From Pelagomonas calceolata (Eukaryota), in contig CAKKNE010000001.1 of the NCBI GenBank assembly GCA_918797485.1, forward strand, positions 4,960,001 to 5,024,000: a stretch of 64,000 nucleotides of DNA, read 5' to 3'. Below are positions 30,189-41,437 of the stretch, piece after piece (positions within the stretch are counted from its first letter, which is position 1; every line of letters starts with the position of its first letter). The notes under the pieces are model-generated. The model was not told the origin of the DNA and made no database searches. It saw nothing but the letters and a program-made list of their open reading frames with translations. The position numbers and the translations under genes are program-made.

Positions 30189-30670
30189 TGTGGCTGGTGG
30201 GGCTGCCCTTGACCGGCGTTGCGTACGCGGTGGTGGGCAACGCGCTATGGCCCGTGCGAGCTCGTGCTTCCTCGCTCCCGCTCGCTAGGTCCACGCCGCG
30301 GCGTCGCGAGGGAGGGGCAATTGCGAGAGCCTGGCGCTGATTTTGATGGAGGCGCGCCGCTGCTCTCTGGGAGCCCCCTTTCGCGAGGCCTTGATACGTC
30401 TTGGAACGACCTCCCGGGACGGGTGATGGTTCTTCTTGCAAACCCGGAGCCCCATGCCAGAGGCAGAGCGGCAGCAGCACCTAATTTGCATCGCAATTGC
30501 CGGTCGCCGCGTAAATCGAGTGCAGAACTCGCCGCCGCAGCGCTGCGACAGCCCAACGTTTGCAACAAGCAAGCAAGAGTTCTTTGCGAGCCGCACTGCA
30601 GCAGCCAAAAACTAATTGTTGCACCAGCAACACACTTGCAGACCAACGCCGCCGCAGCGCAAAGCCAAAG

Positions 30671-31420
30671 ATGGTGCACGTCGCGCTCTTCGTCCCGAAC
30701 CTGATTGGATACATCCGCGTCATTCTATTATATGTCTGCTACGCGACGGCGATGCGCGACTGGAAGATCGCGACCAGTTGCTACATCCTGTCGTTTGCGG
30801 GCGATTTGCTCGATGGCTGGGCGGCGCGGAAGTTCGACCAAAGTAGTCAGTTCGGGTATGTATTGGACATGGTTACAGATAGATGTGCGACTACTGGCCT
30901 CATCTCCATACTCTGTGGGTTATATCCGGACTACATTCCTATATTACTATACTTCCAGATGGCCGATTTAGCCAGCCACTGGTATCATGTTTATTCTACC
31001 TCTACTGAAGGGAGCGGCCACCACAAAACTAAAGAAGCTCTGACAGAAAGGAATATCGTCCTGCGAAAGTATTATGATATCTACTGGCTCTTCGCGTATC
31101 TATGCGCGGGCGCGGAGTTCACGTGGATCGCGCTGTACGTCCTGCACTGGGCGCCGGACTTCGGCGTCGGACCGATCTCGCTCGCCTTCGTGACTAGATA
31201 CGGCTTCGCGCCGGCGTGCCTCATGAAGAACATCGTGAACCTGTGCCAGTTCGCGTCGGCGGCGCAGAACCTGGCGATCCGCGATATGCAAAAGAGGAAG
31301 AACGCGGTCGACCCCGTGCTGCGGACGGAAAGAAGGGCGCAGCCCCAGGGTTCGGCACGGCGGCAGAATCGCGGGAGGGCGGCGGCGCTCGGGGCGCGGC
31401 GCGCGGCGAAGGCGTCCTGA
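30671..31420 (+). CDS. PIS1: phosphatidylinositol synthase (CDP-alcohol phosphatidyltransferase)
   Basis: FVPNLIGYIR, DLLDGWAARKFDQSSQFGYVLDMVTDR, DLASHW. Confidence 0.9.
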   Translation: MVHVALFVPNLIGYIRVILLYVCYATAMRDWKIATSCYILSFAGDLLDGWAARKFDQSSQFGYVLDMVTDRCATTGLISILCGLYPDYIPILLYFQMADLASHWYHVYSTSTEGSGHHKTKEALTERNIVLRKYYDIYWLFAYLCAGAEFTWIALYVLHWAPDFGVGPISLAFVTRYGFAPACLMKNIVNLCQFASAAQNLAIRDMQKRKNAVDPVLRTERRAQPQGSARRQNRGRAAALGARRAAKAS

Positions 31421-31567
31421 TCTCGTTCTTCTTTGTCGTGGCGTAAGCAAGCTACTAGTACTCTAGACTAATCGCCATCACACCGCCGCGGCGCCGCCGC
31501 GACAGAAGCAAGCGAGTACCGTCGATGGCACGCCGCCGCTGCGACGCTACTACTACTATACACACTC

Positions 31568-32761
31568 TTAGGTCCCCTCTTCCAGCGCCGTCGTGAGCTG
31601 GCCGCAGCCCGCGTCGATGTCAATCCCGCGGCGCACGCGCGGCGTCGCGCTGATCCTAAACTCGTCCTGTAATGTTCTGCAGAACGTATCGACGTTCGAC
31701 GACTTCTTGCCGGAAAAACCTTTGGTAGGATTCAGGGGTATCACGTTGACATGCGCATCTTTCACGGAATGCCGCTTCAGGAGCTTTCCTAATTTACGGG
31801 CCGCCTGCTCGTCGTCGTTCTCACCTTGAATAGCGGCCCACTCGAAGGTCACGCGCCTCTTCGTCTTCCTCTGGTAGTTGTTTATCGATGATAATAGAGT
31901 CTCGAGGTCATACCTTTTATTGACGGGCATGATTGCTGATCTACTCTCATCATCCGCTTGGTGTAACGAGACAGCTAGAGTGACGGGTAACGGATCGTCG
32001 GCCAGTTTTTCAATCCCCCGAGCTAACCCCACAGTCGAGATCGTAATATGCCTAGCACCAACCCCCAACTCGTCGTGGATCCGCCTCGCCGCCTCTATGA
32101 CGTTGTTGTAGTTGGCCAGCGGCTCGCCCATGCCCATAAATACCACGTTCGACAGCCTTTCGCCTCGTCGCCGCAATTCTCGCGAGAATCTAGAAGCCTG
32201 CTCGAAGATCTCCGCGGCCGTCAAGTGCCTTGAAAAGCCCATCTGGCCCGTCGCGCAGAACGTGCAGCCCATGCCGCAGCCCGCCTGGCTCGAGATGCAG
32301 GCCGTCCTTCTTCCATCGTTGTACGGCATGAGCACGGACTCGATGACAGAACCATCTCTCAGTTCATACGCTCGTTTAATCGTACCGTCCCTCTGAGATA
32401 TTTGTTCTGCTCTCGTACCAGCGATCGTGCCTCCTATGGTGAGTCCTCTTTCGCTCATGTCAGTTCTCCACTTCGCCGGGAGGTTCGTCATGTTCGTAAA
32501 ATCATCAATGCCCTTGTCGTAGATCCACTCCCTTAACTGTTTTGCCCTAAACTTCGGCTGCTTGAGGTCATCCACCACAAAGGTCTCTAGAGCTTGTCTG
32601 TCTAGGCTCCCCACATCAAAGACGCCGGGGGGTTGCTTCTGTCGTAGGACCTTGGGCTTGGCGGCGCTCGGCTTGGCGGCGCTCGGCTTGGCGGCGCGGC
32701 GCGCGGTTGAGGACAGGGCGCGCGCCGCCGTCGCGAGAGATAGGAGGGCCATGCGGCGCAT
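31568..32761 (-). CDS. rlmN: radical SAM rRNA/tRNA methyltransferase RlmN, organelle-targeted
   Basis: CISSQAGCGMGCTFCATG, NVVFMGMGEP, ISTVG, DIDAGCGQL. Confidence 0.93.
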   Translation of the reverse strand: MRRMALLSLATAARALSSTARRAAKPSAAKPSAAKPKVLRQKQPPGVFDVGSLDRQALETFVVDDLKQPKFRAKQLREWIYDKGIDDFTNMTNLPAKWRTDMSERGLTIGGTIAGTRAEQISQRDGTIKRAYELRDGSVIESVLMPYNDGRRTACISSQAGCGMGCTFCATGQMGFSRHLTAAEIFEQASRFSRELRRRGERLSNVVFMGMGEPLANYNNVIEAARRIHDELGVGARHITISTVGLARGIEKLADDPLPVTLAVSLHQADDESRSAIMPVNKRYDLETLLSSINNYQRKTKRRVTFEWAAIQGENDDEQAARKLGKLLKRHSVKDAHVNVIPLNPTKGFSGKKSSNVDTFCRTLQDEFRISATPRVRRGIDIDAGCGQLTTALEEGT

Positions 32762-32947
32762 CTCGCGCGCGCGCTGCGGCAGAGGCTGTGACCCTGATGC
32801 AGCTGTACAGAGGCGCCTACAACAGCGAAGCTAGCGAAGCTGAATAATCGATCGGTCGGGGATCCGTTGAACGCAAGACGGGTGTCAGGGTCCGCAGCCT
32901 CAGCGCTTTACCCTGCTTGCCCTCCGGAGCGCTGGGCGAACTAATGA

Positions 32948-32969
32948 CTAGCGCGCTGTAAGACACTAG
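32948..32969. promoter_or_regulatory. CTAG-TGTSTTAC-Nx-CGCTAG motif (reverse)
   Basis: CTAGCGCGCTGTAAGACACTAG between rlmN and CBA1-like. Confidence 0.65.
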
Positions 32970-33269
32970 GAAATGTGGGGAAGGTGTTCAGCTGTCGCAT
33001 CCGTGCCAGTACCACAAACCACGCGTCCTTGAAAGGCGAGAGCGCTCCTCGCCGACTTCACAAAAGGCGAAAACAACAGGCTCCTCACTCAGCAACAAAA
33101 ACGCACGCCAATTGCAACGCGCGGGCTCCACCGCACGTTTGTGAAGCCCTCCGCACTGTCGGAGACCGCAGCGATCGAAAACCGTTCGCATTGCTGCGTT
33201 ATTTGCAGTGTAATCAGCAACAGCCGCAGAAGACCTGCAATAACAGCGCGCGCAAGCCGCATTTGCACC

Positions 33270-34839
33270 ATGCGCACCGCCCTCCTCCTAGCCCTCATCG
33301 CCGCCAGCGCGCAAGCAATCACGGAGGAAAACTTCGTCGACGGCCAGTGCGCCACCGCCGACGGCGCCGACCACTTCCCCTATAAAAGCGAGGCGGGCGA
33401 CCAGTTCGCCGATGTCATAAGCGCCGACTACTCGCTGTTGTGGGAGGTGCAGTACGAGAACGACTACAAGATCGTCAAGAACACGAAGACGGGCGACGTC
33501 CACGTGCTGCACCAGTGCGGCCTCAATCCTCCGTCAAATGAAGACCTCCCGGCCTACGCCAAGGACGGGACGATGGTGGAAGTGCCGCTCACCAAGATCG
33601 CCACCACATCAACGACCTACCTCGCCTTCCTCGAGATGCTCGGCGAGCGCAAGGCACTCAAGTCGTACCAGTCGTCCTTCCAGTACGTGTCGTCGCCCTG
33701 TTTACGGAAGATGCACCGCGACGGCCTCATCGAGGAGAAGGACGCATTCGCGGACCCTCCCAAAATACCTGACTTGGAAGCTTTGGGCGTGCAGGCGACG
33801 TTCGCGTCGAGCTTCGGTGCGCGGTCCGCGTCGGAACCATTGCGTCGATGGCGTATGAGCTGTACACACAGGCGCCGACGAGTACAAGTTCATCCAGATG
33901 ACGGACATCGACGAGCAGCAGCCCGACGCGGTGCTCAAGGGCGCCGAGTACGTCGAGTACCTGGGGCTCTACTTCAACCGCGAGAAGGAGGCGTCGGCGG
34001 CCATCCAGCACATCGTCGACAACTACATGTGCACGCAGAAGGCCGTCGAAGGTGTTGTGAAAGAAAACGAGCCCGTGCCCGTGCTCTGGGCGCAGTACTG
34101 GTCGGGGGCGACGTGCGGCGACGGGTCGTCCGGGGGCTGGTCCGTCGCGTCGGCGAACACGTGGTACGCCGAATTGATTAGAGCGGCGGGCGGGTCCCTT
34201 ATTATTCCAGACGTCGAGGCGGCCTGCGAGTCGTGGGGCGCGCCGTATCTCTCGACGGCGCAGCTCCTCGAGGTCGGCAAGGACGCCGCGGTCATGATCT
34301 CGCCGGGCCCCTTCCCCGAGGACCAGGACGTGTCCGCCCTGAAGGCATGGAGCTGTGTGGAAATCAAGTTTCGGGCGCCCCACGCCATCGACGCTATGTG
34401 CTTTGCGTAGCTACGTCGGCTCGATGGCGTGGATAACATAGCTCACTGGTTGATTTCCACACAGGCGTGGGAGAACGGCCGCGTCTTCGACAACCAGGGC
34501 CCGAACGGCGCGAACGACTGGTTCGAGCGTAGAGTGGTCGAGCCCGACGCCATGCTCCAGGACCTCGCGCTGGCCTTCTACCCCGACGACGGGCCCACCG
34601 CCACGTTCTCGCGCAAGTGGCTCCGCGACGTCCGCGCGGGCGAGCCGATCGGCGGCGTGTCGGACGAGGATCTAGATACCGCGTGCCCCGACATCGACGC
34701 ACCCTACGAGTTCTCCTCTACAGACATGTGCGCCCAGATCTCCACGGACGACCCGGAGCAGCCTCCGGACGAGTCGGACGCCGCGGCCCGCGCGGTGCTC
34801 GCCGCGGCGGCGGCAGCGGCGGCCGTCCTCGTGCTCTAG
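33270..34839 (+). CDS. CBA1: CBA1-like (BtuF-type periplasmic-binding fold) cobalamin acquisition protein; introns 33817-33871 and 34345-34464; GPI-like tail
   Basis: Signal peptide; YKIVKN..LHQCG, SPCLRKM, YFNREKEA, NDWFERR.VEPD; both splices restore colinearity with the paralog at 35845. Confidence 0.75.
33817..33871 (+). mobile_element. short degenerate introner-derived GT-AG intron (55 nt)
   Basis: Contains TCGATGGCGT and ends ACACACAG; splice gives FG|ADEY; absent from the paralog. Confidence 0.65.
34345..34464 (+). mobile_element. introner, GC-AG intron (120 nt)
   Basis: TIRs CTGTGTGGAAATCAA...TTGATTTCCACACAG; flanks GCATGGAG/GCGTGGGA; splice gives LKAWENG as in the intronless paralog. 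Confidence 0.9.
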
Positions 34840-34988
34840 GACCACTCGGGCGGCGGCCGGCGCCCGCGCGCCCCTCTCCGGGCCCGCGCGCGCACTTCCT
34901 CAACGCAGACGAAGCTGCGATCTCCCCTCCCCCAGTCTGTTTGTGTCTGCTTGTAACAGCACATTTACGTTATTAGTCTCACAGCACT

Positions 34989-35534
34989 CTACTCCACGGG
35001 CCGCGCCACGCGTATTTCGCGCCACATCAAGTAATTCCAAATATTCTCGTCAGCACTCGCGAAGCGGTCGCTCGCGGCGTCGCCGTTTGTGCCAAGACGT
35101 ACGCGAAGAGAACCCTCGTTCTCGTATGCGACGTGGAGCCGCTGGCGTGCACGCGCGTGAGCGTCGCCGCCCTCGATCGCGTCGCCGGTGCGGAGGCAGA
35201 CGCGGAAACGGTGTTGTGGACATATGAGCACGTCGTCGTCTTCCAGATCTCCCACGCCAAGGTTGCCACCCGCATGGTAGCAGATACTGTCGACGCAGGC
35301 GAGGCCGCCGCCGTTGAGACGCACGACGGAGACGTAGCGGCCGCCGCAGCTCGCGTGCAGGCGGTCGCCCGGCTTTTGCGTTGGCGCGCGGTCGAGGACG
35401 AATTCTGTCGTCGTTGATGGATCGCTGGCATCGGTTATTGCATCGATCTCATCGATGGCATCGTGCTGCTGCTCCTGCTGTGGCTGCTGCTGGCCCTCTG
35501 GCCGTCTCAGTTGCAACAAATCGATGCCTGTCAT
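34989..35534 (-). CDS. Rieske [2Fe-2S] ferredoxin-domain protein
   Basis: DSICYHAGG.LG.GD...ICPQH. Confidence 0.85.
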   Translation of the reverse strand: MTGIDLLQLRRPEGQQQPQQEQQHDAIDEIDAITDASDPSTTTEFVLDRAPTQKPGDRLHASCGGRYVSVVRLNGGGLACVDSICYHAGGNLGVGDLEDDDVLICPQHRFRVCLRTGDAIEGGDAHARARQRLHVAYENEGSLRVRLGTNGDAASDRFASADENIWNYLMWREIRVARPVE

Positions 35535-35634
35535 TTATTTATTCATGGTTTGATCACTTTTGTACGGTGCACGTATAACATGCAATCATTAGCGGCAATG
35601 GGCCACGCATACGACTGCCCCCTGGCTCGGCTTG

Positions 35635-35652
35635 CTAGTGTCTTACCGCTAG
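35635..35652. promoter_or_regulatory. CTAG-TGTSTTAC-Nx-CGCTAG motif
   Basis: CTAGTGTCTTACCGCTAG between the Rieske and CBA1-like genes. Confidence 0.65.
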
Positions 35653-35844
35653 CCCGAAATTCCGAACGGGTCGCTCGTACCGTTGAAGGATCAAATTCCG
35701 CGCGACAAGAGTCCTTCAAGCCACACCCGCACCTCGCCTCAGCTCTCGCAGCGAGCGCTGAATACAGAACTTCAGCGCTTATTGAGACGACGCGAGGGCC
35801 ATTGTGTGCAGCAACAGCTGCCCTTCCACGCGGCAACATCAACG

Positions 35845-37398
35845 ATGGCCCGCCGCGCAGCCCTGGTGCTCGCAAGCGCCGCCACGGCAAGCGCCGCCAA
35901 CTACGTCGGCGGTCAATGTGCGGTCGGTGTCACTAGCGGCGACCTCTTCCCCGACAAGTGCGTGTACGGCACGCAGTTCACGGCGACGGTCGCCGCGGAC
36001 TATTCATTGCTGTGGGAGGTCGCTTACTACGACTCCTACAAGGTCGTGAAGAACGGCGACGCCGTGCACGCGCTGCACCAATGTGGGGTGGACGCGCCGA
36101 CGAGCGAAGAGCTACCGGCCTACGCGGTGGAGGCGACGCTCGTCGAGGTGCCCGTAACCGCCGTCGCGACGACGTCGTCGACGTACCTCCCGTTCATCGA
36201 GATGCTCGGCGAGCGGCGCGCGCTCAAGGCCTACCAGTCGAGCTTCTACTACGTCTCGTCACCGTGTTTAAGGAAGATGTACCGCGACGGACTCATCGAG
36301 GCCCAGAGTGGGGACTGGCCGAACACAGTGAACCCGGACCTGGAGGCGCTCGGCGTCCAGGCGACGTTCGCGTCGTCGTGGGGCATGGACGAGCACAACG
36401 CGGTCCTGCTGACGGACACGGCCGAACAACAGCCGAACGCGGTCCTCAAAACGGCCGAGTACGTCGAGTATGTTGGTCTGTATTTCAATAGGGAGAAGGA
36501 GGCGGCCGCGGCCATCGAGCACATCGTCGCCAACTGGCTCTGCACGAAGGAGGCCGTTGCTGGCGTCGTGAAGAACAAAGCCCCGGTCAAGGTGCTCTGG
36601 GCCCAGTACTGGGGCAGCGCGACCTGCGGCGGCGAACCGATCGGAGGCTGGTCCGTCGCAAGCGGCAACACGTGGTACTCGGAAATCATCGAAGCCGCGG
36701 GTGGCCAGCTCATCGTGCCCGCCGTCGAGGCGGCCTGCGAGTCGTGGGGTGCGCCCTACCTGTCTACCGAACAGCTCCTCGAGGTCGGCGCGGACGCTGA
36801 CGTGTTCATCTCGCCGGGCCCGTGGGAGGACCAGGACGTGTCCTCCCTGAAAGCCTGGGAAAACGGCCGCGTCTTCGACAACCAGGGCCCGCGCGGCGCG
36901 AATGACTGGTTCGAGCGTCGGGTCGTGGAACCCGATGCCGTTCTGCAGGACCTGGCCGTGGCCTTCTACCCGGACGCGACCGAGCTCGAGGGCCTGTCGC
37001 GCAAGTGGCTCCGCGACGTCGTCGCGGAGGAGCCCGTCGGCGGCGTGTCGGACGAGGACCTGGACGCGGCCTGCCCCGACATCGACGCGCCCTATGAGTT
37101 CTCCTCTACAGACATGTGCGCACGACTAGTTCTTGATAACGATCCCACGCCGACCGAGCCCGCGCCGACGACGGACCAGCAAGCGACGACCGAGGGCTCC
37201 TCGAGCAGCAGCAAGAAGAGCTCCTCGCCGGACGCCGCCTCGGGCGGCATCATAGCCGTGGCCGTCATCGCCAGCGCACTCGTGCTCCTCGTCGTCGGTG
37301 GCCTGTCGTACTACGCCAACCGGCGCCTGCCGCCGCCGGCGAAGGCGCTTCCCGCGGACAACCAACCCGTTGTCACGAAGGCGGCCGAGACGGCGTGA
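35845..37398 (+). CDS. CBA1: CBA1-like cobalamin acquisition protein, intronless, C-terminal TM helix with short tail
   Basis: Colinear paralog of the 33270 gene; IIAVAVIASALVLLVVGGLSYY TM segment. Confidence 0.75.
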   Translation: MARRAALVLASAATASAANYVGGQCAVGVTSGDLFPDKCVYGTQFTATVAADYSLLWEVAYYDSYKVVKNGDAVHALHQCGVDAPTSEELPAYAVEATLVEVPVTAVATTSSTYLPFIEMLGERRALKAYQSSFYYVSSPCLRKMYRDGLIEAQSGDWPNTVNPDLEALGVQATFASSWGMDEHNAVLLTDTAEQQPNAVLKTAEYVEYVGLYFNREKEAAAAIEHIVANWLCTKEAVAGVVKNKAPVKVLWAQYWGSATCGGEPIGGWSVASGNTWYSEIIEAAGGQLIVPAVEAACESWGAPYLSTEQLLEVGADADVFISPGPWEDQDVSSLKAWENGRVFDNQGPRGANDWFERRVVEPDAVLQDLAVAFYPDATELEGLSRKWLRDVVAEEPVGGVSDEDLDAACPDIDAPYEFSSTDMCARLVLDNDPTPTEPAPTTDQQATTEGSSSSSKKSSSPDAASGGIIAVAVIASALVLLVVGGLSYYANRRLPPPAKALPADNQPVVTKAAETA

Positions 37399-37494
37399 GC
37401 AACGCCGTCCCGAGGAGGCAACGCGCCCGCGCGCCCCGGGGCCCGCGCGCGCTAACGCATATGATATTTATTCATATTACTACCCGCGGGATGT

Positions 37495-38451
37495 TTAGCC
37501 CTCGAGAAGGTCGTCGTCGCCCTCGACGGGCGACCCGGCTAGGATCGCGTCGATGTCGGCGCCGCCCGCCAATATCGCGTCGTCCGCGTCGGCCGCGCCG
37601 ACGCCGCCCGCGAGGAGCGCCTCCACTTCGTCCGCGACGAGCGGATCGATCGGATTCTCGGCCTCGAACGCCTCGCCGCCCTCAAACACGGGCGACGCGG
37701 CGACGTCGCCATCGAAGCCCTCGTCGTCGTCGGGGTCGCGCCGCAGCGCCGCGGCGGCGGCGCGGTCGATCGCAGGGGTCGGCGACTCCGGCGACGCGGG
37801 TCCCATGAGCCGTTCGAGCAGGTCGACGCTGTCGCGGGCGGCCCGCGCGACGCGCTTGGACCGGGCCCGCCGCGTGGCGCGGTCCTCGCGACCGCGCAGC
37901 GGCGACGCTGGTGGCCGATCGTTTCGTCGGCCGAACGCCACGTCCGGCGGGTCCGGCGGCCTGAGCGGTCGCCGCGCCCGCGCCGCGAGGCCGCACGCCG
38001 AGCCGAGGGTCGCCGCCGCGCGGCGGGCCTCGCGGCCGCCGCCGTCGTAGACCGCGCGCAGGTCCGCGTCGCTCGCGTCAGTGACGTAGGCGCAGACCCG
38101 TCGCAGCGCCGCGGCGAAGTCGGCGAAGCCCGGTGGCGGGGCGCCCGCCGCGGCCGGCTTTTTGCGGGACGCTCGCCGCGGCGGGACGCTCGCAGGCCGC
38201 GGCCGCGCCGGCGAGGCGGCGCGCGCGGCGACGAGGGCGCGGTGCCGCGCGCGCTCCCGCGCCGCGGCCTCCGTTTTCTGGGCGATGCGCTGCGCCCGCT
38301 GCCGGTCCTTGGCGCGCTGTTGTGCACGGTCGCGCTTCGAGCTCCGCAGCGCGTCGGGCTGCCCGTAGGGGCTCAGCCAGAGGTCCCGCTCGCGCGAGCT
38401 CGCGCGCGCCCTTGCGGTCCTTTTTTCCGTCTTACGCAAGTAGGAGGACAT
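37495..38451 (-). CDS. hypothetical protein
   Basis: ORF from MSSYLRKTEK with GC3-rich codons. Confidence 0.5.
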   Translation of the reverse strand: MSSYLRKTEKRTARARASSRERDLWLSPYGQPDALRSSKRDRAQQRAKDRQRAQRIAQKTEAAARERARHRALVAARAASPARPRPASVPPRRASRKKPAAAGAPPPGFADFAAALRRVCAYVTDASDADLRAVYDGGGREARRAAATLGSACGLAARARRPLRPPDPPDVAFGRRNDRPPASPLRGREDRATRRARSKRVARAARDSVDLLERLMGPASPESPTPAIDRAAAAALRRDPDDDEGFDGDVAASPVFEGGEAFEAENPIDPLVADEVEALLAGGVGAADADDAILAGGADIDAILAGSPVEGDDDLLEG

Positions 38452-38982
38452 TTGGTCACGATCGCCGCGGCTCCTTAAAGCATATGGATTCGTGTTGCCA
38501 GCGTGTTTGACGACAAGGGCAGCGCTTGCGCTGCCCTCGAGAGGCTGCGCGGGCCGGAGTGGTCGGAAACGAACACCAACCAAAGATGCAGCAATGCCAG
38601 TTGCAAAACTCGCTGCTGCAAAGCTTATTGAGAGACGCTTGTAGATGCTGGAGACGCTCGCAGCGCGACGTGACGGAATGGCGGAAGAGCCCTCCATGAC
38701 GCCTCGCCAGCTCTCTGCCGTCGCGCGAGCCCGTGCTGGGCGACGTACGGCCGACTTCGGGGTGCAGAAACACTCTAGCAACTCTCCGTGCAGCGGCGCT
38801 CTGCGTCGAGTGGCTGGCGCTCTATACCGGGTGGAGCGACCTTGCTCGCACGCTGCCACGCCCAGCGGTCCCTACTCATACGTTTTGGACGTGTGGGGCA
38901 GCCTTTCTCCCGCGCCCGGGCCGCACCAGCTCCGACACTGGGCTGCCACCCCTGACGCCCCCGACCACACTGCGACGAAAGC

Positions 38983-39690
38983 ATGGAGGCCCCGCGCACC
39001 TTCGTCCCCTTCAACGACTACGGCAAGGCCCTGAACCGGTCGGCGTCGCCGCAGCGCTACCCGCGGCCGACGAAGCCCCTCGCCGCGCGGCCGCGGCGCC
39101 TGTCCTTCGGCGCCGCCGAGCGCGCGCCGACCACCACACCATGCGCGCCGCCGCCGGAGAGCCCGACGATGTCCACGGAACGGACGCCGGAGAGCCCGAC
39201 GATGTCCACGGAGCGGCTGCCCTGGGACGCACGCCAAGCGCCCGGCGCCGCCGACTCGCCGCCGGCGAGCCCGACGCCGCCGACGCGGCAGCTGTCCGCG
39301 AGCCCGACGACACCGGCCCGGCGCGTCGCCGTGCGCGACATCGGCGCGTCGTGCCACGACGGGCGCCACCCGGCCACGGCCATGTTCGACGGCCAAAAAT
39401 TCTGGGCGACGACGGGCCTCTTCCCCCAGTCCGCGCTCGCGCGCCTGCCGTCGCCGACGCGCCTCTCGTCCCTTTCACTCGACGTGGGGCCGTCCGTGCG
39501 GCAGGTGACCGTGAGCGTCGGCCACGAGGACGCCTTCGAGGACGTCGCCACCGTGACGTTTGAGGGCGGCGGCAACAAGCGCGTTTCACTGGAAAACGTC
39601 CTCGCCCGCGACGTGCGCATCCGCATCGACCGCGCGTCCGGGTCCTTCGCCATCGTCCAGTCCGTCGAGGTCGTCGGCGTGCCCGCGTAA
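38983..39690 (+). CDS. IFT25/HSPB11-like galactose-binding-fold protein with Pro/Ser-rich N-terminus
   Basis: SCHDGRHPATAMFDG..FWATTGLFPQ; 33-bp duplication encoding PESPTMSTER at 39154-39216. Confidence 0.65.
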   Translation: MEAPRTFVPFNDYGKALNRSASPQRYPRPTKPLAARPRRLSFGAAERAPTTTPCAPPPESPTMSTERTPESPTMSTERLPWDARQAPGAADSPPASPTPPTRQLSASPTTPARRVAVRDIGASCHDGRHPATAMFDGQKFWATTGLFPQSALARLPSPTRLSSLSLDVGPSVRQVTVSVGHEDAFEDVATVTFEGGGNKRVSLENVLARDVRIRIDRASGSFAIVQSVEVVGVPA

Positions 39691-39705
39691 TATGTGTTAT
39701 TAATA

Positions 39706-40851
39706 TTAGTCGCCCTCGGCGGGGATGTTCCGCAGGCGCGCTCTCCGCAGGACCGCCCGGACCTTCGCGTCGTCCGCCCACCGCGGCGTAGACGCGGACG
39801 TCTCCGCGAGGACGCGCCGGCCGGCGCGGTCCACGGCGGCCTCGAGGGCGTCGGCCAGCGCGTCCCGTCTTTCGAGAGAAGCCACCTGCAGATCTAAGGA
39901 TCGACGGCCGTCCTCCCCAACGTCGTGCGCGGCAACCACCACGCTTAAACACATGTAATGCGGCGCCTTCTTGTTCCTTTTGAGCGGCGCCGTCTGCTTG
40001 CCTCGCACCACGTCCAAATCTAGGTCCGGCCGCAGGCACAACCTTCTTTTGGTGGAGAGCTTCTGGACTGATGGTGGTTCGCCCTTCTTGCCCGCCCTTA
40101 CCCAACATAACCCGTCGTGGGAATCCAGAAACAACCACGTGTCGCGCGGCTTGCCCTTGCGCCCGTGCTTCACGACCCTCAAGCCCCTTCTCAACTCGTC
40201 GAGCTGCGCGTCGACGTTTTTAGGCGTCGGGCGCTCCGTCAACTGATGAGAGACGCCGCGCGCCGCGTCCCTTAATCTTTTCACGGACGGCGGCGTGGCC
40301 GGGGGACTCCCCGGCGGCGGCGGCGGCGACGACGCGCGGTCCGCCATGATCTTCCACGACTGCGAGCCTCTATCAACACGTGAGGGCGGCGGCGGCGGCC
40401 GGTCAATTAATGAAGGTACGTCGTCGTGCTGCAACGCGTGGAACGCCGCCAGGTTCGCCCGGATACAGTCCTCCAGTCGAGTTCGTTCCTCGGCGAAGGC
40501 CCGGCGCTCATCATCTAGAAACGAGTGCGTCGCGGCCATCGCCGCCGCGTGGCTCCGCTTCACGCGCTCGACGCGGTCCTCCTCCGTACTCTTCGCCGTT
40601 TCTCGCGTCGCTCGTTCTAGCCTTAGCTCCCGCTCCAAAAACTCGATGCGGTGCACACCCTGCTCGACCTGCCAGACCAGATCCTCGAAGAGCTGCGTCA
40701 GCTTGTGGTCGCTCGCCGGCAGGAAGGGGACGCGCGGTCCTGATGACGGTTTCTTCTTCTTCGGGCTGGCTCCGGAACTGATCGTGTGGCGCCGATGGAG
40801 CGGCATGCGCGGGCTCCTCGCATACGCGGGCGGCGTGGGCATGTTTTGCAT
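39706..40851 (-). CDS. coiled-coil + PH-like domain protein
   Basis: LRRGLRVVKHGRKGKP...CLSVV...RSLDL. Confidence 0.7.
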   Translation of the reverse strand: MQNMPTPPAYARSPRMPLHRRHTISSGASPKKKKPSSGPRVPFLPASDHKLTQLFEDLVWQVEQGVHRIEFLERELRLERATRETAKSTEEDRVERVKRSHAAAMAATHSFLDDERRAFAEERTRLEDCIRANLAAFHALQHDDVPSLIDRPPPPPSRVDRGSQSWKIMADRASSPPPPPGSPPATPPSVKRLRDAARGVSHQLTERPTPKNVDAQLDELRRGLRVVKHGRKGKPRDTWLFLDSHDGLCWVRAGKKGEPPSVQKLSTKRRLCLRPDLDLDVVRGKQTAPLKRNKKAPHYMCLSVVVAAHDVGEDGRRSLDLQVASLERRDALADALEAAVDRAGRRVLAETSASTPRWADDAKVRAVLRRARLRNIPAEGD

Positions 40852-41437
40852 TTGCTTTTTGTAGTGTGCAGGGCTGCCTTTCTGTGCGGCTGCGATCGAT
40901 CAGCCGCCGCCTCGTCCGTCCGACACTGGAGCCCTCGAGCTAGGAATCACAGGGCGTCTAAATCTCGGGCGCGATGTCCAAACTATTGATCGTTCGCTTT
41001 ACTGCGCAGCCTCGCGTGCTCTCCAGGCTGCCCAAACTGCGTCTTCTGCCGCGATGCTGGCAATCGCATGCCAAAAACACTCAAAAATGGTCGAAATGCT
41101 ACGGGTTTCGTGCGGCTCGCGATCGCGCGCGATCGTGTGGATGCGTGGGGGCCGGCCGGCCGCCTATACTCGATGGCGTCACCACCCGGACAAAAAGTTC
41201 TTGCCTGCTCGGCGCGGAGGTTGCCGCGACCGCGGTCCGCGCGACTGGGCCCGGCCTAGAGGCCCGGCCTCGACGCCATCGGCGCGTCGCACGACATGGC
41301 GTCGGACATCCGGGCCCGTAGGTAGACGCCGCCGCCGCGCCGTCCAAGGACCAGAAACTAGTATTTGCGAGGCTTACGACCGCCTCGCGAGAGTCCTAAG
41401 AGTCACGGCGCCCGGCCGGCGCCCCACAAGTTCGCGT

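Noticed and set aside
32655..32700. 15-bp tandem repeat (AAKPS) in the RlmN presequence
   Set aside because: Ordinary slippage repeat in a low-constraint linker
41165..41290. TCGATGGCGT / ACGCCATCG words downstream of the LHC gene
   Set aside because: Match the introner core, but I see no TIRs, TSD or interrupted ORF
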